DNA of 64,000 bases from Caldicoprobacterales bacterium (GTDB lineage Bacteria > Bacillota > Clostridia > Caldicoprobacterales > DTU083). The position numbers and the translations under genes were made by a program. Below, piece after piece: positions 46,112-56,330 of this stretch (positions are counted from its first letter, which is position 1; every line of letters starts with the position of its first letter). The stretch covers positions 46,963 to 110,962 of the forward strand of contig JBMNJC010000014.1 in assembly GCA_050951465.1 (NCBI GenBank), given 5' to 3'. The notes below the pieces were generated by a model. It ran no database searches. It saw only the letters and a list, made by a program, of their open reading frames with translations, and was not told the DNA's origin.

Positions 46112-47836
46112 ATGATGGGAGGGGTAGAGTTGTTAATATCAGAAAACGGACGAAGCAAATGCCAAATAGTGATTGCTAATAAGGCCGGCAGGCAGGTGCG
46201 TTACGCAGCTTCACAATTACAGCAATTTTTGTTTGAGATAGGGAGCTGCAGGATTCCTGTAGTAGAAGCAACTGCAGAGGACGAGAACAGAGCTTGGGAA
46301 AATTCCATTATATTATCCGAAGATCAAAATCTGGGGCCCGAAGAGTTTTGTTTGAAAACACAAGATAACAACCAATTATTCATATCAGGAGGCCTGCCTC
46401 GAGGTGTTGTTTACGGTGTTTTTACTTTACTGGAAGATTATCTGGGCTGTAAATGGTTTTCTTCCAAGGTGAGCCGCATACCCAAGCGAAAAATCATTGA
46501 ACTGCCGGTTATTTCAGAAAGACAAAAGCCCGCATTTGAATATCGTGAGCCGTATATGCGGGATGCATTTGATCCTGCATGGTGCCTGCGCAACCGTATG
46601 AATTCCAATAAAAGCTTTATTCCGTCCGACCACGGCGGTCATATGAGATGGTATAATTTCCATCATTCTTTTTATCAGCTGATCAATGAAAAAGACTATT
46701 TTGATGAACATCCTGAATATTTTTCAATGGTAAACGGGCAACGGGTGCGCGAGCGTTCACAGCTTTGCCTTACCAATCCCGATGTGGTCAGGATATGTAC
46801 GGAAAAGGTTCTGGAATGGATCCGCGAAAACCCTGAGTGCACTGTCTTTTCTGTAGGTCAGAATGACTGGGGCAATTACTGTCAGTGCGATAACTGCAAA
46901 GCAATAGATGAAGCTGAGGGCAGCCAGTCCGGTACTGTGATTAATTTTGTAAACCAAATAGCCGAAGAGGTTGAGAAACGATATCCGGATAAGCTCATAC
47001 ATACTTTTGCCTACAGGTATACACGAAAAGCACCTCGAAGTGTACGTCCCCGCAGGAACGTAATTGTGAGGCTGTGTACAATTGAATGCTGTTTTTCTCA
47101 TCCATTGGAAGAATGCGGTGAGCATAATGGAGACAACTTATTCTTAAGGGATTTAAAGGAATGGTCAGCCATTACAGACCGGCTTTATATATGGGATTAC
47201 GTAACCAACTTTTCTCATTACCTTCTGCCTTTTCCCAACCTCAATGTTCTGGAAGCCAATATCAAGCTCTTTCACAGGTACGGCGTCAAAGGCGTGCTTG
47301 AACAGGGGAATTTTTCTTTTGGCGGCGGCGGAGAAATGAATGAACTGCGTGCCTATGTGCTGGCCAAACTGCTTTGGAATCCGGATTATGGTGCCAGGAG
47401 AGCTATTGATGAGTTCCTGGACGGTTATTTCGGCGGTGCAGCTCAGCCGATAGGAGAATGGTTGAAGCTTGTTCATGATGCAGCAGCCCCGTATCATGCC
47501 CGTATTTATGACGGGCCTGATGCACCCTATTATTCCGATGAACTGATCAGAAAAGGATTTGAATTATTTGACAGGGCAATTAATTTGGTTTCAAATGAAG
47601 AAGAAAGAGCGCGAGTGGAAATAGCACGGCTGCCTGTTCGATATCTGGCAATATGCCGTATGTCACCGGATGATCCGGCTCGAAATGTTTTAATTGACAA
47701 ATTTGCCGATGATGTAAGGGCAGCAGGCATAACGGAACTCTGGGAGAGGAAGCGGCTGGAACCGACAATTGAATATTTGAAGAATAACTGGTTAGACAGA
47801 AAAAGGGAGATCCCCAGGTGGAGCTATTATATGTAA
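46112..47836 (+). CDS. Cytoplasmic DUF4838-like protein (GH20-like fold, function unknown)
   Basis: 574 aa, start ATG 46112 or TTG 46130. No signal peptide. N-terminal KCQIVIANKAGRQVRYAASQLQQFL module and CQCDNCKAIDEAEGSQSG motif as I remember for DUF4838. Unverified. Confidence 0.7.
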   Translation: MMGGVELLISENGRSKCQIVIANKAGRQVRYAASQLQQFLFEIGSCRIPVVEATAEDENRAWENSIILSEDQNLGPEEFCLKTQDNNQLFISGGLPRGVVYGVFTLLEDYLGCKWFSSKVSRIPKRKIIELPVISERQKPAFEYREPYMRDAFDPAWCLRNRMNSNKSFIPSDHGGHMRWYNFHHSFYQLINEKDYFDEHPEYFSMVNGQRVRERSQLCLTNPDVVRICTEKVLEWIRENPECTVFSVGQNDWGNYCQCDNCKAIDEAEGSQSGTVINFVNQIAEEVEKRYPDKLIHTFAYRYTRKAPRSVRPRRNVIVRLCTIECCFSHPLEECGEHNGDNLFLRDLKEWSAITDRLYIWDYVTNFSHYLLPFPNLNVLEANIKLFHRYGVKGVLEQGNFSFGGGGEMNELRAYVLAKLLWNPDYGARRAIDEFLDGYFGGAAQPIGEWLKLVHDAAAPYHARIYDGPDAPYYSDELIRKGFELFDRAINLVSNEEERARVEIARLPVRYLAICRMSPDDPARNVLIDKFADDVRAAGITELWERKRLEPTIEYLKNNWLDRKREIPRWSYYM

Positions 47837-47888
47837 AACCAGAACCTGTCCATAATAACGCTGTGTAAAAAAATTATGGAGTGAAACT

Positions 47889-48905
47889 ATGGCACAACAG
47901 GAATTATTTATATCAATTGATGGCGGCGGTACAAAAACTGATACCGTGTTGTTTTCAAAAGACGGAAAAGTATTAAAACGGGCTATAGGAGGCCCTTCAA
48001 ACTCTTCGGTAATAGGATTCAGGCGTTCAGCTCAAACTCTCCAGGCTTTGCTTGAGGAGCTTTTGTCAGAATGCGGCGGTCTGAATACATCGATTTGTTC
48101 TGTATTTGCAGGTATTGCCGGAGGAGGTGTCGGCGCCAACACCGAAAGGTACAGGAAGCTTATTAAAGATCTATTACCTAACGTAAAACATATCTGCAAT
48201 GGAAATGATGCAATTAATGCCCTGAATTCAGGTGTCGGCACAAAAGACGGCATGGCATTGATAGCCGGAACAGGTTCGGCAGTGTATACCCGCAGTCAAG
48301 GAAAAGTATATCAGGTTGGCGGCTGGGGCCATTTATTCGGCGATGAGGGCAGCGGTTACGATATAGCAAGCAGGGGTCTGCGCCGAGTCCTGATGGCAAT
48401 TGACGGACGGGCTTCCTACACTGTTATGTGTGAACTTTTTGCTGATCACCTGGGCAGATCGGTTGTTGATGCCATACTTGATATATATGACGGAGGTAAG
48501 CATTATGTTGCATCGCTTGCTCCAATTGTGTTTAAGGCCGCTGATAAAGGCGATGAAGCAGCCATTAATATATTGAAGGAGTGTGCTAATGAACTGAGGA
48601 GCATGCTGCTGGCTGGATGCCGGTACCTGGAAACCACACCGTACCATGTGGTGCTTACCGGAGGCATTTGGAAAGCCGGAAATGGTTTATTGGAGAATTT
48701 TTTAAGAGAAATAACGGATGACCGTTTTGTGTTTATTCATCCTGCACTTCCCCCGGTTTACGGCGGCGCCATAGAAGCCATGTCAATCGGGGGTTATGAA
48801 ATAACAGATGAATTTGAAGCTAATTTTGCCCGTACTTTTAACCTGGTGCAGCCTGAATTTATTTCGACAGAAAAAGCAGTTGACTCAGAAGCGGGAAAGG
48901 AGTGA
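47889..48905 (+). CDS. BadF/BadG/BcrA/BcrD-type ATPase, N-acetylglucosamine-kinase-like
   Basis: 338 aa. ISIDGGGTKTD phosphate-1 motif, IAGTGS, and GGWGHLFGDEGSGYD. Confidence 0.85.
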   Translation: MAQQELFISIDGGGTKTDTVLFSKDGKVLKRAIGGPSNSSVIGFRRSAQTLQALLEELLSECGGLNTSICSVFAGIAGGGVGANTERYRKLIKDLLPNVKHICNGNDAINALNSGVGTKDGMALIAGTGSAVYTRSQGKVYQVGGWGHLFGDEGSGYDIASRGLRRVLMAIDGRASYTVMCELFADHLGRSVVDAILDIYDGGKHYVASLAPIVFKAADKGDEAAINILKECANELRSMLLAGCRYLETTPYHVVLTGGIWKAGNGLLENFLREITDDRFVFIHPALPPVYGGAIEAMSIGGYEITDEFEANFARTFNLVQPEFISTEKAVDSEAGKE

Positions 48906-48911
48906 ACTGAA

Positions 48912-51836
48912 GTGAGAAAGCGGGTTTTTGCGTTTAATAATGAAGTGTTAACCATAAAAGCTGACATTGATTTGGAGAAGGATGCGCTTGTACTGGCATT
49001 ATCTTATGCCGATGGCTTTGAAACCGAATTAAGCATTAAAGACGGCATGGGAAGCGAATCTGTCTCATCAAGATATTTTATGGATTACATCAAAGAAAGA
49101 ATATGGTTTTTTAGCAAAGAAACCAGGGTGGTATTTGAAGGTGATAACAGGGTGTGTCTGCGAGCCCCGCTTCATGCAGCCGGTTTCCGCGGGTCGGTGG
49201 ATATATATTATGAATTTGTATTTAATCCGGAAAACAGTGCAATGAAGGTAACCACATGGTTTGGTGAAGGGGGTTTTGCTCCTGTATTCAGCCTGAACTG
49301 GCTGGATATAAGCGTTGACATATCAGCTTTTCCATCGTTTTTCGGATGCATGCCGGAATGGGAAGGACGAACAAAAGAAATGAAGGAACCCCTGGCCTTT
49401 TTTGATGCAGCAGCTTTATACGGCTGTTATGGCATGCTGGGAGTGGGAGGCGTTGGCAAAACGCTGATTTCTGCCGGCAAAGAAAAAATACGATTGATGC
49501 CATTCTACGAGCTGGGAAATTTTAACGGCAATGCATGTTGTTTCGATAAAGATTCAAGGTTGTCAGCCTGGCTGATTTTTGCTCCATGGAAGGGATCAAA
49601 AGATTTTCTTGACAAAATCAAAGCCTTGGAAGCATTGTTTACTCAGTCCAAAATTACAGAACCTCCTGATGCAAGAGAACTAACTTTAAAAAGCGGTGAT
49701 CTGCATGCAAGTCTTATAGTGACCCACAACAGTGCTTATCTTAAATCAGTGGGCCGCCGTGATGCTGAAGCGTGTTTCCTGACACCGCTGTTCTACATAA
49801 CATTGCGTGATCTAAGGGATGGATTGCTTTATCAATTATCATCATCAGAAGCTTGGAGAGAAGTAAGAGTAAAGCAGCTGCCCGGATATGCGGAACTTAC
49901 GTTTGCAGAACCAAAACTCAGGGAATTTATGGGCGGCATATATGTTACGGTACGCTGCGAAAACATACCTGAGAAAAACAGGATGCAGTGGTATGTGGAT
50001 GTTATAAACGACAATCCCTGCGTCAGCGTATTGTCTTGTGACTATCCCAATGTACGCATTTACGGAAGAGGATGGAATATGCTGCTGCCGAAAGCCTCTG
50101 GTGTGCTCAGTAAGAACTGCTGCTGCCAGGGAGATTATTTAAGCGCCAGTTATCCGGGTTTTACGATAGGAATGCCGTTTTTTGCAGCCTATTGCTGTGA
50201 TGCTGAAGAAAATAACGGTTTATATATAGGAGTTCATGATCCTGAAGGCTGCCGCAAAGATATGCATTACCTTGCTCTGCCGGACAGCCGCAGTGTCAAA
50301 ATCCGTTTTGAATACCCTGCCCAGGGATTCGGATGCGGTGCTAACAGCTTCAGTTTGCCGGGATATATGACCTGGCAGCTGTTTACAGGAGATTGGTATG
50401 ATGCAGCATTGATATATCGTGACTTTTTGCGCAGATATGCCAGGTGGCTGGCGGCACCCAAAGACAGCGGGCGTCCGGACAGTCCTCAGTGGTTTCGTGA
50501 GATTCCCTTCTGGATTATGGACTGGATACCGAACGGCAATCCGGACAAAGAGCCGGTACCTGTCAGCGTTCGCCCGGAAAAGGAACCCGCGGGAGATGAC
50601 TGGATAAATATACCTGTCAGGCTGCGCCGCGCACTAGGAGTACCTGTCGGATATCATATTTACAATTGGCATTATATCCCCTTTAATAACGATTTCCCTC
50701 ATTACTTTCCCGCAGAAGAAGGTTTTGAGGAAGGCGTAAAAAAGCTTCAGTCTGAAGACATCCGTGTAATGCCTTATATCAATGGCAGACTGTGGGATAC
50801 TCTGGACAGAAAGGGCGAAGACTGGCGTTTCTCCAGAGATGCACTGCCAAGTGCTGTCAAAGATGACAAAGGCCGGCTAATGACGGAAAGCTATGCATCT
50901 CATGAGCCGGACGGCAGTTTATGCAGGCTTGCAGTAATGTGTCCGTCCACTCCCAGGTGGCGTGAAACATTGCAGCAAATAACGGATACCCTGTTTAAAC
51001 AGGTTGGAGTTGATGCGGTCTATGTTGATCAGGTGGCTGCTGCACAGCAAAGTCTGTGCTGTGATCCGGGACATAATCACTTTCCCGGAGGGGGTGCATG
51101 GTGGACCCGCTCATATCAGGAATTAATGAGGCGGCTTAATCTAGGCAAGCCTGATCAGAGAGCTTTTACTACCGAATGCAACGGTGAGCCCTATGCCGGT
51201 TCCTTTGACGGATTTTTGACCTGGCACTGGATTCAGGCACACCAGGTACCGGTTTTCCCCGTGTTGTATGCCGGAAATATAGCCATGATAGGACGTAATC
51301 TGAATGGATACAAGAAGAATGACATACCGTATTTTAAATTCCATATAGCGGAACAATTGCTGTTTGGACAGCAGATAGGATGGATAAACTCAGACGTGGT
51401 CAATAATGAAAAGAAGTTTCCATTTTTGAAAAAGATGGTTGCTTTGCGCTGGGAATACAGGGAACTGTTTGCAACAGGCAGACCGCTGCGCCCGCCTGTT
51501 ATACACACCGATGCATCGGTTATTCCCTCCTTTGCCGGCATGGGGAGACCCATAGCCTGGGAGGTGTTCGGCATAGAACCGGTACGCAGCGCTTTATGGC
51601 AGGACAATAAAAAAGAACGCTGTGTATTCTTTGCAGTTAATACCGGGGATAGTAAAACAAAATGTGAATTTAATGTTCTGCTTAATGAGTGTAAGGTTTC
51701 TGAAGCAGAATCAATAAAAGCTGTCAAATACGATGGTGCCGGTGAATTAAACAGCAGCATTGTAGATAATATTTTAAAGCTTTCATGTGTACTTGAACCG
51801 GAAGGATACCTGGTACTGGAATGGCCTTGTAGTTAA
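48912..51836 (+). CDS. Large cytoplasmic protein of unknown function (possible glycoside-hydrolase-like enzyme)
   Basis: 974-aa uninterrupted ORF with a GTG start 6 nt after the kinase stop. No signal peptide or TM helix. The aromatic- and acidic-rich C-terminal half (IYNWHYIPFNNDFPHYFP, VDAVYVDQVAAA, FTTECNGEPYAG) is suggestive of a barrel-type carbohydrate enzyme. I cannot assign a family. Confidence 0.7.
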   Translation: MRKRVFAFNNEVLTIKADIDLEKDALVLALSYADGFETELSIKDGMGSESVSSRYFMDYIKERIWFFSKETRVVFEGDNRVCLRAPLHAAGFRGSVDIYYEFVFNPENSAMKVTTWFGEGGFAPVFSLNWLDISVDISAFPSFFGCMPEWEGRTKEMKEPLAFFDAAALYGCYGMLGVGGVGKTLISAGKEKIRLMPFYELGNFNGNACCFDKDSRLSAWLIFAPWKGSKDFLDKIKALEALFTQSKITEPPDARELTLKSGDLHASLIVTHNSAYLKSVGRRDAEACFLTPLFYITLRDLRDGLLYQLSSSEAWREVRVKQLPGYAELTFAEPKLREFMGGIYVTVRCENIPEKNRMQWYVDVINDNPCVSVLSCDYPNVRIYGRGWNMLLPKASGVLSKNCCCQGDYLSASYPGFTIGMPFFAAYCCDAEENNGLYIGVHDPEGCRKDMHYLALPDSRSVKIRFEYPAQGFGCGANSFSLPGYMTWQLFTGDWYDAALIYRDFLRRYARWLAAPKDSGRPDSPQWFREIPFWIMDWIPNGNPDKEPVPVSVRPEKEPAGDDWINIPVRLRRALGVPVGYHIYNWHYIPFNNDFPHYFPAEEGFEEGVKKLQSEDIRVMPYINGRLWDTLDRKGEDWRFSRDALPSAVKDDKGRLMTESYASHEPDGSLCRLAVMCPSTPRWRETLQQITDTLFKQVGVDAVYVDQVAAAQQSLCCDPGHNHFPGGGAWWTRSYQELMRRLNLGKPDQRAFTTECNGEPYAGSFDGFLTWHWIQAHQVPVFPVLYAGNIAMIGRNLNGYKKNDIPYFKFHIAEQLLFGQQIGWINSDVVNNEKKFPFLKKMVALRWEYRELFATGRPLRPPVIHTDASVIPSFAGMGRPIAWEVFGIEPVRSALWQDNKKERCVFFAVNTGDSKTKCEFNVLLNECKVSEAESIKAVKYDGAGELNSSIVDNILKLSCVLEPEGYLVLEWPCS

Positions 51837-51845
51837 ATATATTTA

Positions 51846-52334
51846 TCAGCTTTTATTATGATTATTATCATGGATAACTTGGTCTATTACGATAACCAGG
51901 GCAAGTATAAAACCATAATCTTCACCATCGGCAATATCCACTCCATAGGTATCGGAAAAGGAAAACCAGCGCTTTGACACCTGGGCTGCGGTCCGGCCGT
52001 TTCTGAGAATTGAAAAATCCATGCCCAGGAAATTGCCCTCGATAGTGAAATTGCCCAAGGTACTTGTAATGTTAAATCTTGGTCTGAAAAAGGTGAATTC
52101 TTTTTTTACAGTGGCCATGGGCTGACCGTATTGGTAAATGGTATACTCAGGCAGGAAGCGGAACAGTTTCTGTTCAATATAGTATAATTCATCCCCTGCC
52201 ATATTGTATATCCTTAGCTTGTCTCCAAGGGAGAATACTTTGCCGACCACAGTGAAGTGTTCATTGCCAAACTCGTCCTTAATGGTGAATCTGTCCCCGA
52301 AGGAAAAGATTCTTTGCTTTACTGCAAACCGCAT
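51846..52334 (-). CDS. LURP-one-related / tubby C-terminal-like (YxjI-type) protein
   Basis: 162 aa. QRIFSFGDRFTIKDEFGNEHFTVVGKVFSLGDKLRIYNMAGDEL is a repeat-strand pattern typical of the DUF567/LOR family. Confidence 0.8.
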   Translation of the reverse strand: MRFAVKQRIFSFGDRFTIKDEFGNEHFTVVGKVFSLGDKLRIYNMAGDELYYIEQKLFRFLPEYTIYQYGQPMATVKKEFTFFRPRFNITSTLGNFTIEGNFLGMDFSILRNGRTAAQVSKRWFSFSDTYGVDIADGEDYGFILALVIVIDQVIHDNNHNKS

Positions 52335-52477
52335 TTGAAGCGCCTCCTTTTCCTTTACAGTTTTTATGGAATCAGTATAGCATACATGGTTATCCTTGCC
52401 AACTTATTTTACTGTCAGCCTGGTTTAATGTTATATGATATTATTATATTTATAATGTAAGGAAAGGATGAAGCAAA

Positions 52478-53215
52478 ATGGCATTCATACAATGTGATTT
52501 TTTTTCAGAAGTTCTGGGATTCTCATGTTCAATGAACGTTATTCTTCCGCAGCAGACATATAAGCGGAAAGACATTCCTACTCTTTATTTACTGCATGGC
52601 CTATCTGACGACCATACCATTTGGATGCGAAGGACCTCTATTGAAAGATATGTAGCTTCTATGGGTTTGGCCGTGGTAATGCCGGCAGTACATCGAAGCT
52701 TCTATACGGATATGGCAGCAGGCTATCGCTACTGGACTTTTATAAGTGAGGAACTCCCTGCCATAGCCCGTTCCTTTTTCCCCTTGTCTGACAAGAGAGA
52801 AGATAATTTTGCAGCCGGGCTGTCCATGGGCGGTTATGGTGCTTTTAAACTGGTTTTATCCTGCCCTGACCAATTTGCAGCAGGCGCAAGTCTGTCAGGA
52901 GCTTTGGATGTTGCAAACTTAGCATCTATTTTTGAAAATAAAGAATTTGAGAACATATTTGGGGATTTAAGCAAAATAGCCGGCAGTAAAAACGACCTGT
53001 TTCATTTGGCAGAATCAACTGCAAAATCTGACGGTCCCAGGCCAAAGCTTTATCAATGCGTAGGAACAGAGGATTTTCTATATGAAGATAATATAAGGTT
53101 CCGAGATTTCATTCAAAAGCTGGGTTATGACTACACATATGAGGAAGGTCCCGGAAACCATTCCTGGGATTATTGGGATAAAATGATACAAAGGGTTCTT
53201 GAATGGTTACATTAA
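52478..53215 (+). CDS. Esterase family protein (esterase D / tributyrin-esterase-like alpha/beta hydrolase)
   Basis: 245 aa. Nucleophile elbow GLSMGGYGA and [11 protein letters not shown] motif. Confidence 0.85.
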   Translation: MAFIQCDFFSEVLGFSCSMNVILPQQTYKRKDIPTLYLLHGLSDDHTIWMRRTSIERYVASMGLAVVMPAVHRSFYTDMAAGYRYWTFISEELPAIARSFFPLSDKREDNFAAGLSMGGYGAFKLVLSCPDQFAAGASLSGALDVANLASIFENKEFENIFGDLSKIAGSKNDLFHLAESTAKSDGPRPKLYQCVGTEDFLYEDNIRFRDFIQKLGYDYTYEEGPGNHSWDYWDKMIQRVLEWLH

Positions 53216-53394
53216 TGTTCTTCACATATGGAGCGATGAAAAACAGATAAATACCGATTGCGCTCTTTTCATCACAAAACTTGAAACTTATCCCTTGATA
53301 ATTTAATACTATTCCTGCTACGCAAACCCGCATGGTTGATGGGTGAAATAAAATGAATGAAAATGATTAATAAAGATGAAAGTGTGATATAAAA

Positions 53395-54261
53395 ATGCAA
53401 TTCAAATTGTATACAGATGTGCATGAATTTTACAATGATACATATGATGTGTTAATGCGTCACGAGGCGCAGAATATGATTCTCCTTGGCAATATTATAA
53501 TTGGATATGAAGGGAAAGATAAAACAGAATGGCGTGACCCTGCAAATTGGCTTATGGCAACTGTTTCAGATGAAAAGGGTGTAAGGCTTACCGCTTTAAT
53601 GACACCACCGCATAATATAACGCTTTATGCAACAGACAATATAACTGATCCAGAGGCTATAAACTGTCTGATAGATGGATTGAAAGACTATGAAATTCCC
53701 GGTGTGATGACCGAAAAAACTTTGGCGGAGTATTTTGCCAAGGAGTATACTGCCCGAAAGGGACTAAACTTTAAAACAACCATGAACCAGCGCATATACG
53801 AGCTTAAGGCAGTAAACCCAGATATAAAACAATTTGGTGTCGTTCGTTTGTTGGATGAAAAAGATATGCCATTTTTCCCATACTGGATTGAGGCTTTTTA
53901 TGCATCAAGTAGTTACGGAAAAACAGAAATGTCTATCCCGCAAGATGAAAAAGCATATCGCTACCGAATATCAACAAAAAAGCTCTATGTTTTAGAAGTC
54001 GATGGGATGCCTGTCTCCATGGCAGGGTATACAAGGGAATTGCAAACATCTATCGGCATAGCATTTGTATATACCCCTCCTTATTTTCGCGGTAAGGGTT
54101 ATGCCACCTCATGCGTGGCTCAAATCAGTCAAATGGCATTAGATAAAGGATTTGATAAGTGTGTATTATATACAGATTTGTTAAACCCAACATCAAATAG
54201 TATTTATCAAAAAATAGGATATACGCCTATCTGTGATTCAGTTATGTTGAATTTTGAATGA
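53395..54261 (+). CDS. GNAT family N-acetyltransferase (two-domain)
   Basis: 288 aa. C-terminal acetyl-CoA motif is FRGKGYATSCVAQISQMALDKGFDKCVLYTDLLNPTSNSIYQKIGY. Confidence 0.85.
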   Translation: MQFKLYTDVHEFYNDTYDVLMRHEAQNMILLGNIIIGYEGKDKTEWRDPANWLMATVSDEKGVRLTALMTPPHNITLYATDNITDPEAINCLIDGLKDYEIPGVMTEKTLAEYFAKEYTARKGLNFKTTMNQRIYELKAVNPDIKQFGVVRLLDEKDMPFFPYWIEAFYASSSYGKTEMSIPQDEKAYRYRISTKKLYVLEVDGMPVSMAGYTRELQTSIGIAFVYTPPYFRGKGYATSCVAQISQMALDKGFDKCVLYTDLLNPTSNSIYQKIGYTPICDSVMLNFE

Positions 54262-54533
54262 TATCTTGCTGCCAATTATTAATAGGTATGTGCTTGAGTT
54301 CATAATCTTTAAAATATATTGTTACATTCCTTATAATAAACGCAATAAAGAGATTTTAAGGGGTTGACTTCCATGTCAGCTTCTGAATAAAAGTCGTTTT
54401 TCAGGTAAGATATACTATAATGTATATACCTCACAACCATTTGGAATTTTCTGCTAAAGGTATTTCTAAGGTCAGCGTCTATGCGCGGGGTTGGATAAGT
54501 GGAGTCCAGCAAGCATTTGCAAAATATACGTAG

Positions 54534-55202
54534 ATGCAGAGGTGGACAACGTATGAATTTATAGCAATAGGAAGCGGAGGCAGTGTTGCATTGGAAGAAC
54601 AGAGAATTCAAATACCTTTTAACAACTTTGGTAAATCAGGCATCATCGGAGTGATCTACAAGGAAAACACTAGTCCTGTTACATCCGGCTTTGAAATTGT
54701 AAAAGATCTGGTTCCTGATTTAGATATATGCATTGGCTATCCTACAATACGGGCATCTGTTAAGGAATTTGCGGGCTTTGGATTTAGCCGGTATTGTGGA
54801 TGGATACAGGTGGTGCAAATGGAGTTTTATTCTGATGCAAATAGTGAAGATCCAGATGATACATATTATGAAGTGGATACAACACCTGCAATGAAACAGA
54901 AGGGATTACCGTTCTGTGCTTTTGGATATCCGGCAGATTTTTTTGATGCGCCTTGCAATAATTACTATGAAGGAGCCAAGATGGTTTGGAAAGCTAATAC
55001 TTTTTTAGTATCTATGCCAAGTTATATAAACAATGAAAGTATATCTTTTTTAGCCGGATTTGAATGGGGGTTTAAAGAATACAGGAGTAAAGTAAAAAAA
55101 CAAATTAATATTACCCCAGTGAAGAACATTGATAGTGAATATTGGGAAAAGCATATTCCCTTATTTTATCGTGATTTTCCCCAATGGAATTTCGTTAAAT
55201 AA
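54534..55202 (+). CDS. Hypothetical protein (possibly the distal part of a TAG-interrupted gene starting at 54420)
   Basis: 222-aa ORF. Its ATG has no SD and directly follows an in-frame TAG (54531-54533). That TAG closes a 37-codon ORF starting at ATG 54420. Confidence 0.55.
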   Translation: MQRWTTYEFIAIGSGGSVALEEQRIQIPFNNFGKSGIIGVIYKENTSPVTSGFEIVKDLVPDLDICIGYPTIRASVKEFAGFGFSRYCGWIQVVQMEFYSDANSEDPDDTYYEVDTTPAMKQKGLPFCAFGYPADFFDAPCNNYYEGAKMVWKANTFLVSMPSYINNESISFLAGFEWGFKEYRSKVKKQINITPVKNIDSEYWEKHIPLFYRDFPQWNFVK

Positions 55203-55535
55203 GTATATACGCAAATTGATTTTGTTAACAATTACTTGGTTAAATTCTGGAATGTGTAAATATACCCGTTTATTTGATCAAAGGAAATACTGATTGCTCG
55301 GTTGCTTTCAGATTACTAAAAACCACAGCAACTTAAATGTAAAATGTATAGATGAGACGCCCGCTAGAATTAATGGGATGTTTATTTTTGGCTTTGATCT
55401 TATTAATCCAAGCCCCTTTAAAATAAAAATTATGAAAGAAGAGATTTAGCATGCGAGGACGTGTGGCATCGGAGAACACGGCATGAGAGCCTTAATGTTT
55501 TGTATAGCAAAAAATAAGAATTTGGAGGGGAGACA

Positions 55536-55862
55536 ATGTCAGTTTTAAACTTTGAGAAGATGCAAGAAATCCAAAAGGAGCTGCAAGAAAAATATAAAGA
55601 TAAATGGGATCCTCTTACGCCTGAAAGAGGAAGGGATAAACTTCTATGGATGATAATTGAAGCAGGTGAAATAGCTGATGTAAGCAAAAAATGTGGTGAT
55701 AAAATGATTATGAATGATATAGATGTTCGAAATAAATTTATTGAGGAGATGTGCGATACTCTTATGTATTTTAATGATGTTATGCTTTGCTATGATATTT
55801 CACCAAAAGAGTTGGAACGAATATATTTACAAAAACATCAGATTAATATGGAACGATGGTGA
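55536..55862 (+). CDS. MazG-like all-alpha nucleoside triphosphate pyrophosphohydrolase (YpjD-like)
   Basis: 108 aa, GGAGGGG SD. Metal-binding helices IIEAGEIAD and FIEEMCDTLMYF, and a ...NMERW C-terminus like small MazG proteins. Confidence 0.8.
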   Translation: MSVLNFEKMQEIQKELQEKYKDKWDPLTPERGRDKLLWMIIEAGEIADVSKKCGDKMIMNDIDVRNKFIEEMCDTLMYFNDVMLCYDISPKELERIYLQKHQINMERW

Positions 55863-55962
55863 ATCCAATTTATGGTATAATCATTGTACATAATTTATTA
55901 ATTATGTCGTAACGGTAGGTTTTTGTGAAATAAAAATAATTTATAGAATTAAGGTGAGTATT

Positions 55963-56289
55963 ATGAGCGATAATGATATAGAACAATGCAGACATACGTA
56001 TATTGTAGGTTATTCATTCAGAATGCCTCAACCGTTTTTTAGAAGTTTATTGTGTGACAAATGCAGCAGAAGGATAAAATTGAGTTTACACTGGCGAATT
56101 CTTTTTTGGTTCGTAGATATTATCGGCTTTGTATTCGCTTTTGGCGCAGCAACCTCTGTTCAAATAAAACTATTTGGAAGTACATTTCTCGTTCAACTTT
56201 TTGTTTTCTTACTGCTGGCCTGGATGGTACAGTTAATTGCCAGGCTTATCTTGAGGTATGGTAAATGGGTGGAAGCAGATAAAAAATAG
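55963..56289 (+). CDS. Small membrane protein with an N-terminal Cys-rich (zinc-ribbon-like) segment
   Basis: ATG 55963 after AAGGTGAG. C...C-x2-C (CRHTY...CDKCSRR), then two TM helices. Confidence 0.55.
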   Translation: MSDNDIEQCRHTYIVGYSFRMPQPFFRSLLCDKCSRRIKLSLHWRILFWFVDIIGFVFAFGAATSVQIKLFGSTFLVQLFVFLLLAWMVQLIARLILRYGKWVEADKK

Positions 56290-56330
56290 CTGATAATTAT
56301 ATGTTGTAGATATTTTAAGTGAGGTGGCCT

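Noticed and set aside
53371-53397. Imperfect similarity between the left edge (TAAAGATGAAAGTGTGATATAAAAATG) and the right edge (62303-62334, TAAGGATGAAAAGTGATAATATTAAAATA) of the AT-rich island. These could be att-like direct repeats.
   Set aside because: The match is short, gapped and low-complexity, and both copies sit in ordinary RBS/leader positions. No recombinase gene is present to use them.
54531-54533. The in-frame TAG interpreted as a pyrrolysine codon.
   Set aside because: No pyl genes or methylamine methyltransferase context are visible in the window. A simple nonsense mutation in a decaying island is more parsimonious.
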